A stretch of DNA of 64,000 bases from assembly GCA_964016885.1 (NCBI GenBank), contig OZ024740.1, positions 77,748,001 through 77,812,000 on the forward strand, in the 5' to 3' direction. Below are positions 12,870-24,115 of the stretch, in pieces. Made by a program: the position numbers and the translations under genes. The notes below the pieces were generated by a model, which did not search any database, had not been told where the DNA came from, and worked only from the letters and a program-made list of their open reading frames with translations. Source of the DNA: Eledone cirrhosa (lineage: Eukaryota). How positions within the stretch are numbered: the first letter of the stretch is position 1; each line of letters starts with the position of its first letter.

Positions 12870-13240
12870 ATCAAATTGCAAGGGGTTACTAAGAAGGGAG
12901 AAATACAAGACAGAGAAAACATAATTCAAGGATAGAAATGACGATTGGTGTTACTTTTTAGTTTTTGCAAAATGTAGTGGCCAAAAAAAACAAGAAGCTG
13001 GAAGATAACTCCATAGGTGGGATGTGCAAGGGAAGAAACTAACATAATAGAATTTGTGTTCGCATTTAGGAATTTCAACTGTAAATGAATGAGACCTAAC
13101 CGCCAGCCTGGCATTCCGTTTAAGCTTGTGAATACGAGGCAACAAAGAGGAAAGCTCATCAGAACAATTCCCATGAAAATATATATAAAAAGGGCAAGTA
13201 CTCTGCAGATGAGTTGTAATCTAATCCTTCTGCAGAGCCT
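12870..13240 (-). mobile_element. CR1-group LINE 3' remnant
   Basis: HSFTVEIPK..SFFPCTSHLWSYLP resembles the CR1/Zenon-type ORF2 C-terminus. Confidence 0.55.
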
Positions 13241-13585
13241 ATAATGAATAGAACATCATAAATACCACTAGGCGAAGGACCTTCAATACAGCCACTGAAG
13301 CATCATTAGTTTCTTCGAGATAAAATTAGATCATGGGTGATGTAGTTCTACCTGAAACCCAACAATAGCTTGATCAACCCTGACTGAGTCACTTGGATGA
13401 GGAGCGACCGATTGTTGACAGGCATGTAAAACCCTCTGATAATGTGTCCTGGAACACTTTTGGTTTATATTTTGATATATGTAATGCTTTCGTAATTACT
13501 CTTCTTGTTTTGTTTTTGGATTCTATATAGAGTTAGTGTTATCAACTAAAATTGCCCTATCTAATTTTGTTGGAAGTATTGTATA

Positions 13586-13972
13586 ATAATTGTTTCTACT
13601 TTTGGAACAAGGCCAGCAATTATATCAGTACATTACTGGTAATTTATTTTATCGACCCTGTAAGGATGAGAGACAGAGTGAACCTCGGCGGGATTTGAAC
13701 TCAGACTGTAAAGGGCTGTAACTCTATGTTGCAAAGCATGGCGTCCGAACCTCTACCGATACTGCCAAACCACCGCCAAGTAAGTATTTTATGATAATTA
13801 TTTCTACTTTTAGCACAAGGCCAGCAATTAACCCAGTACATTACTGGTACTTTATTTTATCCAAGCCGTAAGGATGCAGAGTGAACCTCGATGGGATTTT
13901 AACCGTAAGGCCGTAGCTGTATGCTACAAAGCATGGCGTCCGTACCTCTACCGATTCTGCCAATCCATCGCC
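13586..13972 (-). mobile_element. Two tandem OR-like SINE copies (13586-13776, 13795-13972)
   Basis: Both collinear with the SINE at 6652-6833. Confidence 0.85.
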
Positions 13973-14738
13973 AAGTGAGTATTGTTTAATAATGTGCTGC
14001 GATGGTTTCTTGTAAGTACATAGCCAACCGACCAGAAGGTATCGTGTTTGTGTATTAATATAAGAATGTGAGTCATGAAGTTTACTACAAAGAAAACTGA
14101 TAGCTGTGGTGTAAATGTTAGCATCCAGTCGTCGGACACTTACCATCACATATAATCCTTTGAAAGAATCCACCAGCACTGATTTCACACTACCTTCAAT
14201 ATCAGCTGAAGGGGCTTTGTTACTAATATTGAAGTCCTTAAAAAGCAGATGCCAACAATATCCAGGTCATGCTGTTAAAAACACAGTTGCACTGGGTAGG
14301 ACACGTTTCCAGACGGAAAATCTTCACCTGCCCAAGATTGTGCAAGAAATCCCTTCAAGTATGTCATATTGACCATTGTCAGTTCTCTACTGATATGACC
14401 TCTGATCAGGTGACCTGGTGACACACCATTCCCCAGTCTGATTCCTCCTTCGAAAATGTTGGTAAGGCTGATATTGAAGATAAATGCAGCAGAAGGAAGA
14501 AACGTGGCACAGCAGCACAAAACCTTGGACGAAATTAATCTTGCAGTTACTGCGTTTAAGGTAATCCAAGTAGAGGTTATGAGTAATCTGTACTTAAAAT
14601 CGATTATCATGGTAGCACTACAGATATCGATTTTTAGACACACCGGACCAATAAAACATTTGTTAATAATTTGAATAAACCCTAATGTATAGTTAATCCG
14701 TGTTATTCCTCACTCCTTTATATATATATATTAAAAAA

Positions 14739-14905
14739 AGGCACAAGGCCAGCAAATTACCCAGTGTATTACTGGTACTTTATTTTATCGACCCCGTAAG
14801 GATGAAAGGCAAAGTCAACCTCGGCGGGATTTGAACTCAGAGCGTAAAGGGACGTAACTATGTTAGAAAGCATGGCGTCCGACCCTCTACCGATACTGCC
14901 AATCC
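14739..14905 (-). mobile_element. OR-like SINE
   Basis: A and B boxes and the conserved body on the minus strand. Confidence 0.85.
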
Positions 14906-14934
14906 TAAATAATGTATTAAAAAAACATTATCGA

Positions 14935-15187
14935 GTGTGCGCTCATGTGCAGAGATGCTATAAAATAGCTTACAATATCGGACGAAGACCCTTAAAGAAG
15001 GAAAATAAAGTTGTTATCGGCCGCTACGGGGAATTGAACACCGTATCTCTCAGTTACTAGCTACGAACCATTAAGTAATATGTTGTTTGATTCCTCGTAA
15101 CGGCTGATGGCAACTTCACTTACCATATTTAAGGTTCTTCACTCTATATTATAAGCTATTTTATAGCTTCTCCGGACACGAGCACAC
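14935..15187. repeat. Imperfect ~250-bp palindrome / hairpin
   Basis: Arm 14935-15039 pairs with arm 15085-15187 (gctataaaatagctt / aagctattttatagc; gttgttatcggccg / cggctgatggcaac). Confidence 0.8.
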
Positions 15188-15816
15188 CATTCTGTATATT
15201 AACTGTATCTCATCGATGCTTCGTAAAAGTCCGAAAGACTACATATGTTATCGAATGTGTTATACTTTTTTGAAAAGATAGTTGTCTTGGATTTGAGACA
15301 TATTTGGATGCTATTTTTAACAGGTAGAGCGACCATGTGGAGTTTCTGTTGTCGGTTCATAAAAAATAAAATTCAAGTTATACTAGTTGGTGTGTAATAT
15401 ATTTTTCTCATCAACGAGTACCAATGGACTTTTGAGATCTTCAGTGGAAGAAGAATCTTTATCTAGCTGTCGGAAACATAGTGATTGAATCAACAAATAC
15501 ATATACAGGATTGTACATTTGCAGGCATAAGGGAAAAGTTGTTTAAACATGAGAAATGAGATTATTCTCAAGCTTCATACGCACTTAAATTTAGTAGACG
15601 AAAGTATTTTTTCAGTTGGAACATTTCCATCTGATTTGGTATCTTTAGCAGAAGTAGTTAAAAAATAATAAGTTGAACAGCGCCAATGGCCTCTGCAGAC
15701 AGTCCTATAAAGACGAAATTGATGTGATTGGTGACCTTTCTAAGACCTTAGGGAGAAAAGCAGGAATATGAAACTGATAGGTGGGATGCAAATGTTTGCA
15801 TGCAATTAATTTTAGT

Positions 15817-15891
<75 letters not shown>

Positions 15892-15901
15892 TCTGTATAG
15901 G

Positions 15902-15946
<45 letters not shown>

Positions 15947-16550
15947 ATATATATATAAAGGCCTTTCCCTTGGACCTCATCGGTGGCGTGGAGAGGGGAG
16001 ACTGGTATGCATGGGCGACTATTGGTCTTCCACAAACAACCTTGCCTGGACTTGTGCCTCGGAGGAAAACTTTCTAGGTGCAAATCCCATGGTCATTCGT
16101 GACCGAAGGGAAACTTTACCTTTATGAGTAATTAAACAGGCCAGTGATGACTGGAACATGAACTGATCACATGCCTTCGTAGTTCAGGCATGGCTGTGTG
16201 GGTTAAGAAGTGGTATATACATATATAATATACATGTGTGTGTGTGGGGGGGGGTGCGCGCGCGCGTGTGTGTGCGTATCTGTGTTCACGCTCAATACTT
16301 GTTTAGAGCCGATAACATAGCGGTTCGACAAAAAAAAGAGATCGATATAAATAAGTACAAGACTAAAAAATAAGTACTAGGTCGATACGGTTGACTAAAT
16401 CCTTTTAGGACTATGCCTCAGTATGGCCGCAGACTGAAACAAATAAAAGAATATTGTACTTGATTGTTATGCCACATATCTAAAATATACCTTTTCATCC
16501 ACTTCAGTATGAATCTATTCTCGTACATATTCTATGATATACTACAGGTA

Positions 16551-16882
16551 CTTTCGGGTTTCGGATAATTGCCCCCACCTTTATCAATTTTCTAGATGTT
16601 TTCCAAACCCACTTGCCCAAAATTTTATTTTAAGTGGTAGAATTCCTGCGATCATTAATTTTCCTTACACATTAAAAAAAAAAAACATTATACATGACCA
16701 AAAAAGTACATTACTAGAAATCCCATACGTTCTAAAATAAATAGGATGGGTTGGGCTCTCAATAAGTAAACTAAATTTCTAATTCTGGTTTTTAAAATGT
16801 CAACGGAGACAACCTAGAAAAATTACCGAACCACCCTCCCGCGTTTATTTCAACCCAACCCCTATTATTTGGGACCTGAGAG
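16551..16882. mobile_element. TA-flanked MITE, family X
   Basis: Ends TA|CTTTCGGG..ATAA and TTATTTGGGACCTGAGAG|TA; internal sequence shared with the 53810 and 62078 copies. Confidence 0.7.
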
Positions 16883-17657
16883 TAAATATTTACCGCTTAT
16901 TGAACAGATTAATGATTAAAATATCCGGCTTATACCTGGATCTGGCAACTCCTGCAGCTCCACCGGTCCCAAGTTGTATTGGCCTCTGTCCTTCCCTTGG
17001 ACAACACCGGTGGCGCTGAACGGGGAGACGTGCTGAATGGGCAACTGCCGATCTCCTATAAAACCCCAAATGGTAGAGACAAGGTTTTTAATACAGGTCG
17101 AGATATATATATGTATTTTAGCAGAGACCTAAACATACAGACGAAAAAAATCATGGTCTTAATTGATTTTTCCCCATAATCCATGGTTGGTGATCGGTAC
17201 TAATTATTGTAATCAATGGTGAATGTTCAATTCTTTTTGATCCTCAGAAACAGATCTGTCTATGATTGGATGGTCATATTTGTAAGTAAGTCAATTTAAA
17301 TATAACTTAATCGTTATGTAAGTAATGTTTTTTATTTAACACCTTAAATTGTATTTGTTTTTATATGTATACACTTTAAAGCCCAGGGTCAGTAAGTTAC
17401 CAAAGTTAGATTGCACCACCCATTTTATGGCAGCACCTTTTTGTCTGCCAGGCACTGGGTGAATGAATTGCAGACCTGGACTGCCGAAGCAGGAGCTGCG
17501 CCAGCAGTGACAATTGTAGTTTCGTCTATGGATATTATCTCTGTGTAAAGAAGTGTTGAAATTTATTGTTTCACAGTACTTGCACAACACGCGCGTAGAC
17601 GATGCCAGCTGAACAACAGAGCTGCGATGGAGTTGTTCTGCATGGTTGTCTAATGTG

Positions 17658-18203
17658 TGTTTTCTAAATTTAAGACAGTAGGGAGGGGTGTGATATGGGA
17701 GAAAGTTAGCTGCTGTTTCTAGCAGGTTTAGTGACCTCATAGAGGATATGTGTTTTCTAAATTTAAGACAGTAGGGAGTGGTGTGATATGGGGAAGAGTT
17801 AGCTGCTGTTTCTAGCAGGTTTAGTGACCTCATAGAGGATATGTTTTCTAAATTTAAGACAGTAGGGAGTGGTGTGATAGGGGGAGAGTTAGCTGCTGTT
17901 TCTAGCAGGTTTAGTGACCTCATAGAGGATATGTTTTCTAAATTTAAGACATTAGGGAGTGGTGTGATAGGGGGGAGAGTTAGCTGCTGTTTCTAGCAGG
18001 TTTAGTGACCTCATAGAGGATATGTTTTCTAAATTTAAGACAGTAGGGAGTGGTGTGATATGGGGGAGAGTTAGATGCTGTTTCTAGTAGGTTTAGTGAC
18101 CTCATAGAGGATATGTTTTCTAAATTTAAAACAGTAGAGAGGGGTGTGATATGGGGGAGAGTTAGCTGCTGTTTCTAGCAGGTTTAGTGACCTCATAGAG
18201 GAT
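17658..18203. repeat. Minisatellite, ~90-92 bp x 6
   Basis: Unit tgttttctaaatttaagacagtagggagtggtgtgata..gagttagctgctgtttctagcaggtttagtgacctcatagaggata repeated head to tail. Confidence 0.95.
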
Positions 18204-18767
18204 ATTATTGTGTATAGTAAATAAACTGATACTTCTTTCTTCCACGTTCGTTGAGAGGTTTTAAAAAAGATTTATCGCTTTTTTTTTTGTTGTTGAATAA
18301 ATTTATCTGTTGCTTTTGAATAATTGTTGTTTCGTATAAAATGTAATAAGTTCTCTTTGTCATTGAAGTAAATAAATGTTTGACCGTTCCACACTCAAAA
18401 ACAAACGTTCTCTCTCTCTCTCCCTCTCATTCTCTTCTCTCTCTCTCTTCGGCGTTCCTAAAGGAAGTTTGTAAGCATGTATGAAGTTTTATCGAATTTT
18501 AAGGGGAGTAGAGAGAGGTAATCAGATTCTATTAGAGGGTAAAGCGTCATGTATTTAGTTTTATCGATTATTTCCATAATTGTGGCGTCATGTATTTAGT
18601 TTTATCGATTATTTCCATAATTGAGAATGAAATAAATAGTCGTTGACCTAAGTTAGACCATTTACAACATTCTTACAGAGTTTGAGTCGAATCAGTTTGA
18701 AATTGTGCAAATGTATAAACATGGAACATTCACACACACACAACAACAACAATCTGCCTTTTATAGA

Positions 18768-18872
18768 TAATTGTTTCTACTTTTGGCACAAGGCCAGCAA
18801 TTACCCAGTACATTACTGGTACTTTATTTTATCGACCCCGTAAGGATGAAAGGCAAAGTTAACCTCGGCGCG
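18768..18872 (-). mobile_element. OR-like SINE 3' half
   Basis: Matches the SINE body and tail. Confidence 0.8.
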
Positions 18873-18955
18873 ATTAACTGCCTTTTATAGATAATGATAT
18901 GTATTAAAGCCTGGTAAGTCTCTCAATTGATATATCTCCATATATCCGTTAAAAT

Positions 18956-19012
<57 letters not shown>

Positions 19013-19922
19013 AGCAGAAGGGATATTCGCATTCACACATCTTTCGACTAAAATAATTGATCTCACACAAAATAATATATAATTTTCTCTATATATTTTG
19101 AGTAAATCACTCCTCAAAGTTAACGGTTAACAAACAAAATTGGAGTTATCTTTCCCTTTTCAATCGTGCAAACATAAACATATTATGTTTGATCTATATA
19201 ACTTCGTTAAATTAACAATATTCTGAAAACATTTTCAATGTTGAACAAAATTTTTGAATCCACAAATTGTTCTACTCTCACAACTTGAACCACCTATTTT
19301 CTAAGTAAAATACAAAATCAACATTCTTCGTAACTCATATTTGATATATAAACAACTAATTGTAATCTATCTCTATAATATTAATACATACGCAATTATT
19401 AATATATATAGATATTTATATACATATAACGTATCGTAATATAATAAGATAAAAATACTTACAACCATAATTCTTCATATAATCTAATTCATTATATATA
19501 CAATATTATAACTCATAATATAAATAAATTTAAATTTAAACTCTTGAATCATATTCCACTTTTTTTTCCACAAATTAACGTAAATGCTAGCTCTTCTTCC
19601 TTTCACTTCTTTGCTACGCATACAAAAACTTATAATTATTTAAATTCTCCATAGCGTCTAAAATAACGTCTTTTTCAGCCCTTTTACCTAAACCTCATTT
19701 GCATACTCATTTTAATAATTTGAAATATCTGACTTTTCTTCTCTTATCCCTTCACTATCCAAGGAAAACTTGAACCGTTAAGGTATATTTTCCTTGGTTA
19801 TGTCAAAATTTATAAAACACACTTCGTATTTTATCTGATGACAACGTACCAAAATTTTGGTACCCTTGAAATAGAATAAATATGGTTTTTGAAATATAGT
19901 TTCCATTTATTTAATATCATTG

Positions 19923-20015
<93 letters not shown>

Positions 20016-20231
20016 TGGCAACGCGCATTTCGCTACTGATCAGCTCAAGGTTCGATGTGTATTGATCTGGCCCGACTTTGGAATCAAAACATAATCAAGG
20101 TGTAACCATTCGTCCTTGTATTATGATATTACACTCTGTCTAGCTCTACACCTCGATACTGGCGTGAATCTAAACATCGCGTGCTCACCCGGGTGAACCT
20201 ACAGTAATTCCGCGTTTCACTCCCTGGTCAT

Positions 20232-20262
<31 letters not shown>

Positions 20263-20302
20263 ATTATTATTATTATCATTATTATTATTATTATTATTAT
20301 TG

Positions 20303-22560
20303 TTCTTTGAGTCTCAGTCATTGATGTTAGTTAACTGGAAAGTTTGTTGAAATGAATATCAAGCCACTACCTGCAACCTCAGATATTCAGGACGTATCGG
20401 AGGGTTCTTGCTGTTCCCAGCAAGCATGCCTTTTGAAGTGTTCCAAAAAGCGGGGCGGGACCAATTTTCTTTCACCATCCTTGGAAACTCTTTGAGATAG
20501 TACCTAGTGCGCCTATGACAATCGGGACCACTTTGACTTCATGGCAGTTCCAAATCCTTTTTACCTCCCACTTTAAGTCCTGGTATCGGTTAATTTTCTC
20601 CCTCTCCTTCTCTTGCACTCTCGTGTCGAATGGGCAGGCCACATCCACAATCAGGCATGATCTTTTTTCCTTGTCCAAAACCACCAGGTCAGGTCTATTG
20701 TGTTCCAGTTTCTTGTCCGTCTGTATCCTAAAATGCCACAGCACCTTCACCTGATCGTTTTCTATCACCGACTCTGGCTTATGCTCATACCACTTCTCAG
20801 AATGTGGTAAATTGTTTACTTTGCATAGGTGCCCATCACATCATGTCTCCAGCCTTTATAGTGAGTCTGGGCTAGGTGTTTACACTCGGATACAATGTGA
20901 GCCACAGTCTCCTCTCTCTGTCCACAGATCCTACACAGTGGGATAGCCTCCTCCTTGTAAATAATGTTTCAGCCACTTCGTTTTGAGGGCCTGCTCTTGC
21001 GCAGCCATTAGCATTCCTTCTGTAGCCTTTTTAAGGTCTCTTCTTTTCAACCAGTTCCATGTCTTCTGTGGATCTCTAAATTCAGTTTTCTCAAAGAAGG
21101 TAATATGAAGGGATTTTTAATGAAGGTTGCTCTTTCTCCTTGTTGTTATTTCCTCCTTGGACATCCCCTGGTCTATTGTCCTCTCCTTCAGTACAATTCT
21201 GAGCATTGGCTCCCTACTATCAGTCACGTATTTGTGTAGGTTGTTTTTCTCCATCTGAATACAGTCCTCTATGCTGATAAGACCTCTTCCATCTTCAGAT
21301 CTCCTTAAGTAGAGTCTATCGACATCACTCCTCTTGTGGAACATGTTGTAGATAGTCAATAGCTTCCTAGTCTTCCTATCCATTTCTTTTTGTTCAGCAA
21401 CATTCCATCTCAGAATTCCCGTACTGTACCTAATAATAGACACAGCTCGTGAATTTACTGCACTTATGGCATTCCTACTGTTCAGATGTGATTTCAATAC
21501 GCTCCTTACTCTCCGAATGTATTCAGATCTTATCAATTTCTTCATTTATTTGTTATTGATGTCATCAGCCTCCAGAACACCTAAATATGTGTATCCTTCT
21601 TCAGTATCAATTTGCTTTATCATCTCACCTGTTGGTACCTGGATTCCGTTGCTTCTGCTCAATTTACCCCCACTTCAACACAAGGACTCCACACTTACTA
21701 ATACCAAATTGCATACATATATCATTGCTGAAAATACGGACAGTGTCAACAAGCACATTCAACTCCTTCTCACTCTTCCCGAAGAGCTTAAGATCGTCCA
21801 TGAAGAGGAGGTGATTGATGGTAAGCTCTCCCTTTCCCAACTTGTATCCTGCTCTCACTTTTCGCAGTATAATGGTCAGGGGATCAGGGCAAGGACAAAC
21901 AACAGAGGGGACAAACTATCTCCCTGGTAGATACCTCTCTTGATCTTCACGCCTCCCAAGGATTCTCCGCCCGATGTTAACTCTGTTTTCCAGGACTTCA
22001 TACTTTTGCTCAACAACTGTCTGATGTTATCTGCCACCTTGAAGATCTCTAGGCTTTTGGTTATCCAAGAATGAGGTACCATGTCGAATGCCTTTTTGTA
22101 GTCTATCCATCCCATGGCAAGACCAGTGTGTCTCCTCCTGCAATTCCTCATTACCATCTTATCAATAAGTAACTGGTCCTTTGTACCACGGGACTTCTTT
22201 CGGCATCCTTTCTGTTCGTCCGGTAACAGGTTGTTTATGTGGAGGTGATGGTAGATTTCCTCAGACACAATGCTTGTTAACAGTTTCCACATTACGGACA
22301 GGCATGTGATAGGTCTATAGTTGGTAACATCATTACCCTTGATTCGGTCTTTCATTACCAGAACTGTGGTACCCTTTGTCAACCACTCTGGTACCTCACC
22401 TGACATCAAGCAGTCATTGAACATGGTTGTCAGTTTCGGGTGGAGGGATGTTATATTTTTAATCCAATACCCCTGCACACCATCTGGGCCTGATGATTTC
22501 CAGTCGGTTAGTTTTCTGGCCTGCCCCTTAAGAGTTTCAACTGTGATACACAAATCAGTT
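20303..22560 (-). mobile_element. Dong (R4 clade) LINE family C in (TAA)n, 5'-truncated
   Basis: ORF pieces with WIDYKKAFDMVPH, GIYQGDSLSP, FMDDLKLF and RPDL..DVACP; (ATT)n on both flanks. Confidence 0.9.
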
Positions 22561-22580
22561 TGTTATTATTATTATTATTA

Positions 22581-24091
22581 TTCTTTGAGTCTCAGTCATT
22601 GATGTTAGTTAACTGGAAAGTTTGTTGAAATGAATATCAAGCCACTACCTGCAGCCTCAGATATTCAGGACGTATCGGAGGGTTCTTGCTGTTCCCAGCA
22701 AGCATGCCTTTTGAAGCGTTCCAAAAAGCGTGAAGGGGCCAATTTTCTTTAACCATCCCTGGAAACTTTTTGAGATAGTCCCTAGTGCGCCTATGACAAT
22801 CGGGATCACTTTGACTTCATGGCAGTTCCAAATCCTTTTTACCTCCCACTTTAAGTCCTGGTATCGGTTAATTTTCTCCCTCTCCTTCTCTTGCACCCTC
22901 GTGTCGAATGGGCAGGCCACATCCACAATCAGGCACGATCTTTTTTCTTTGTCCACAACCACCAGGTCAGGTCTATTGTGTTCCAGTTTCTTGTCCGTCT
23001 GTATCCTAAAATCCCACAGCACCTTCACCTGATCGTTTACTATCACCTACTCTGGCTTATGCTCATACCACTTCTCAGAATGTGGTAAATTGTTTACTTT
23101 GCATAGGTGCCAGTGGAACACCCTGCCCATCACATCATGTCTCCAGGCTTATAGTGAGTCTGGGCTAGGTGTTTACACTCGGATACAATGTGAGCCACAG
23201 TCTCCTCTCTCTCTCTCCACAGATGCTGCACAGTGGGCTAGCCTCCTCCTTGTAAATATGGTGTTTCAACCACTTCGTTTTGAGGGCCTGCTCCTGCGCA
23301 GCCATTAACATTCCTTCTGTAGCCTTTTTAAGGTCTCCTCTTTTCAACCAGTTCCATGTCTGTGGATCTCTAAATTCAGTTTTCTCAAAGAAGGTACTAT
23401 GAAGGGATTTTTCCTGAAGGCTGCTCTTTCTCCTTGATGTTATTTCCTCCTTGGACATCCCCTGGTCTATTGTCCCCTCCTTCAGTACAATTCTGAGCAT
23501 TGGCTCCTTACTATCAGTCACGTATTTGTGTAGGTTGTTTTTCTCCATCTGAACACAGTCCTCTATGCTGATAAGACCTCTTCCACCTTCAGATTTCCTT
23601 AAGTAGAGTCTATCTCCTCTTGTGGAACATGTTATAGATAGTCAATAGCTTCCTAGTCTTCGTATCCATTTCTTTTTGTTCAGCAACATTCCATCTCAGA
23701 ATTCCCGCACTGTACCTAATATAGACACAGCTCGGGAATTTACTGCACTTATTGCATTCCTACTGTTCAGATGTAACTTTAATACGCTCCTTACCCTCCG
23801 AATGTATTCAGTTCTTATCAATTCCTTCATTTTTTTTGTTCTTGATGTCATCAGCCTCCAGAACACCCAAATACTTGTATCCCTCTTCAGAGTCAATTTC
23901 CTTTATCATCTCACCTGTTGGTACCTGGATTCCGTTACTTCTGCTCAATTTACCTCCACTTCATTACAAGGACTCCACACTTACTAATACCAAATTGCAT
24001 ACATATATCATTGCTGAAAATACGGACAGTGTCAACAAGCACATCCAACTCCTTCTCACTCTTCCCGAAGAGCTTAAGATCATCCATGAAG
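22581..24091 (-). mobile_element. Dong family C, second tandem copy
   Basis: Highly similar to the 20303 copy with the same 3' end GACTGAGACTCAAAGAA|(TAA)n; truncated at FMDD. Confidence 0.9.
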
Positions 24092-24115
24092 ATTATTATT
24101 ATTATTATTATTATT

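Noticed and set aside
15205-15245. Hammerhead-like gatgcttcg..ccgaaagac
   Set aside because: No CUGANGA or UUGANAA core and no helix I.
17400-17650. GC-richer segment as a host exon
   Set aside because: No recognisable protein in the frames examined; the listed ORF is mostly minisatellite.
17658-18203. Possible CRISPR array
   Set aside because: Units are contiguous with no unique spacers, there are no cas genes, and the context is eukaryotic.
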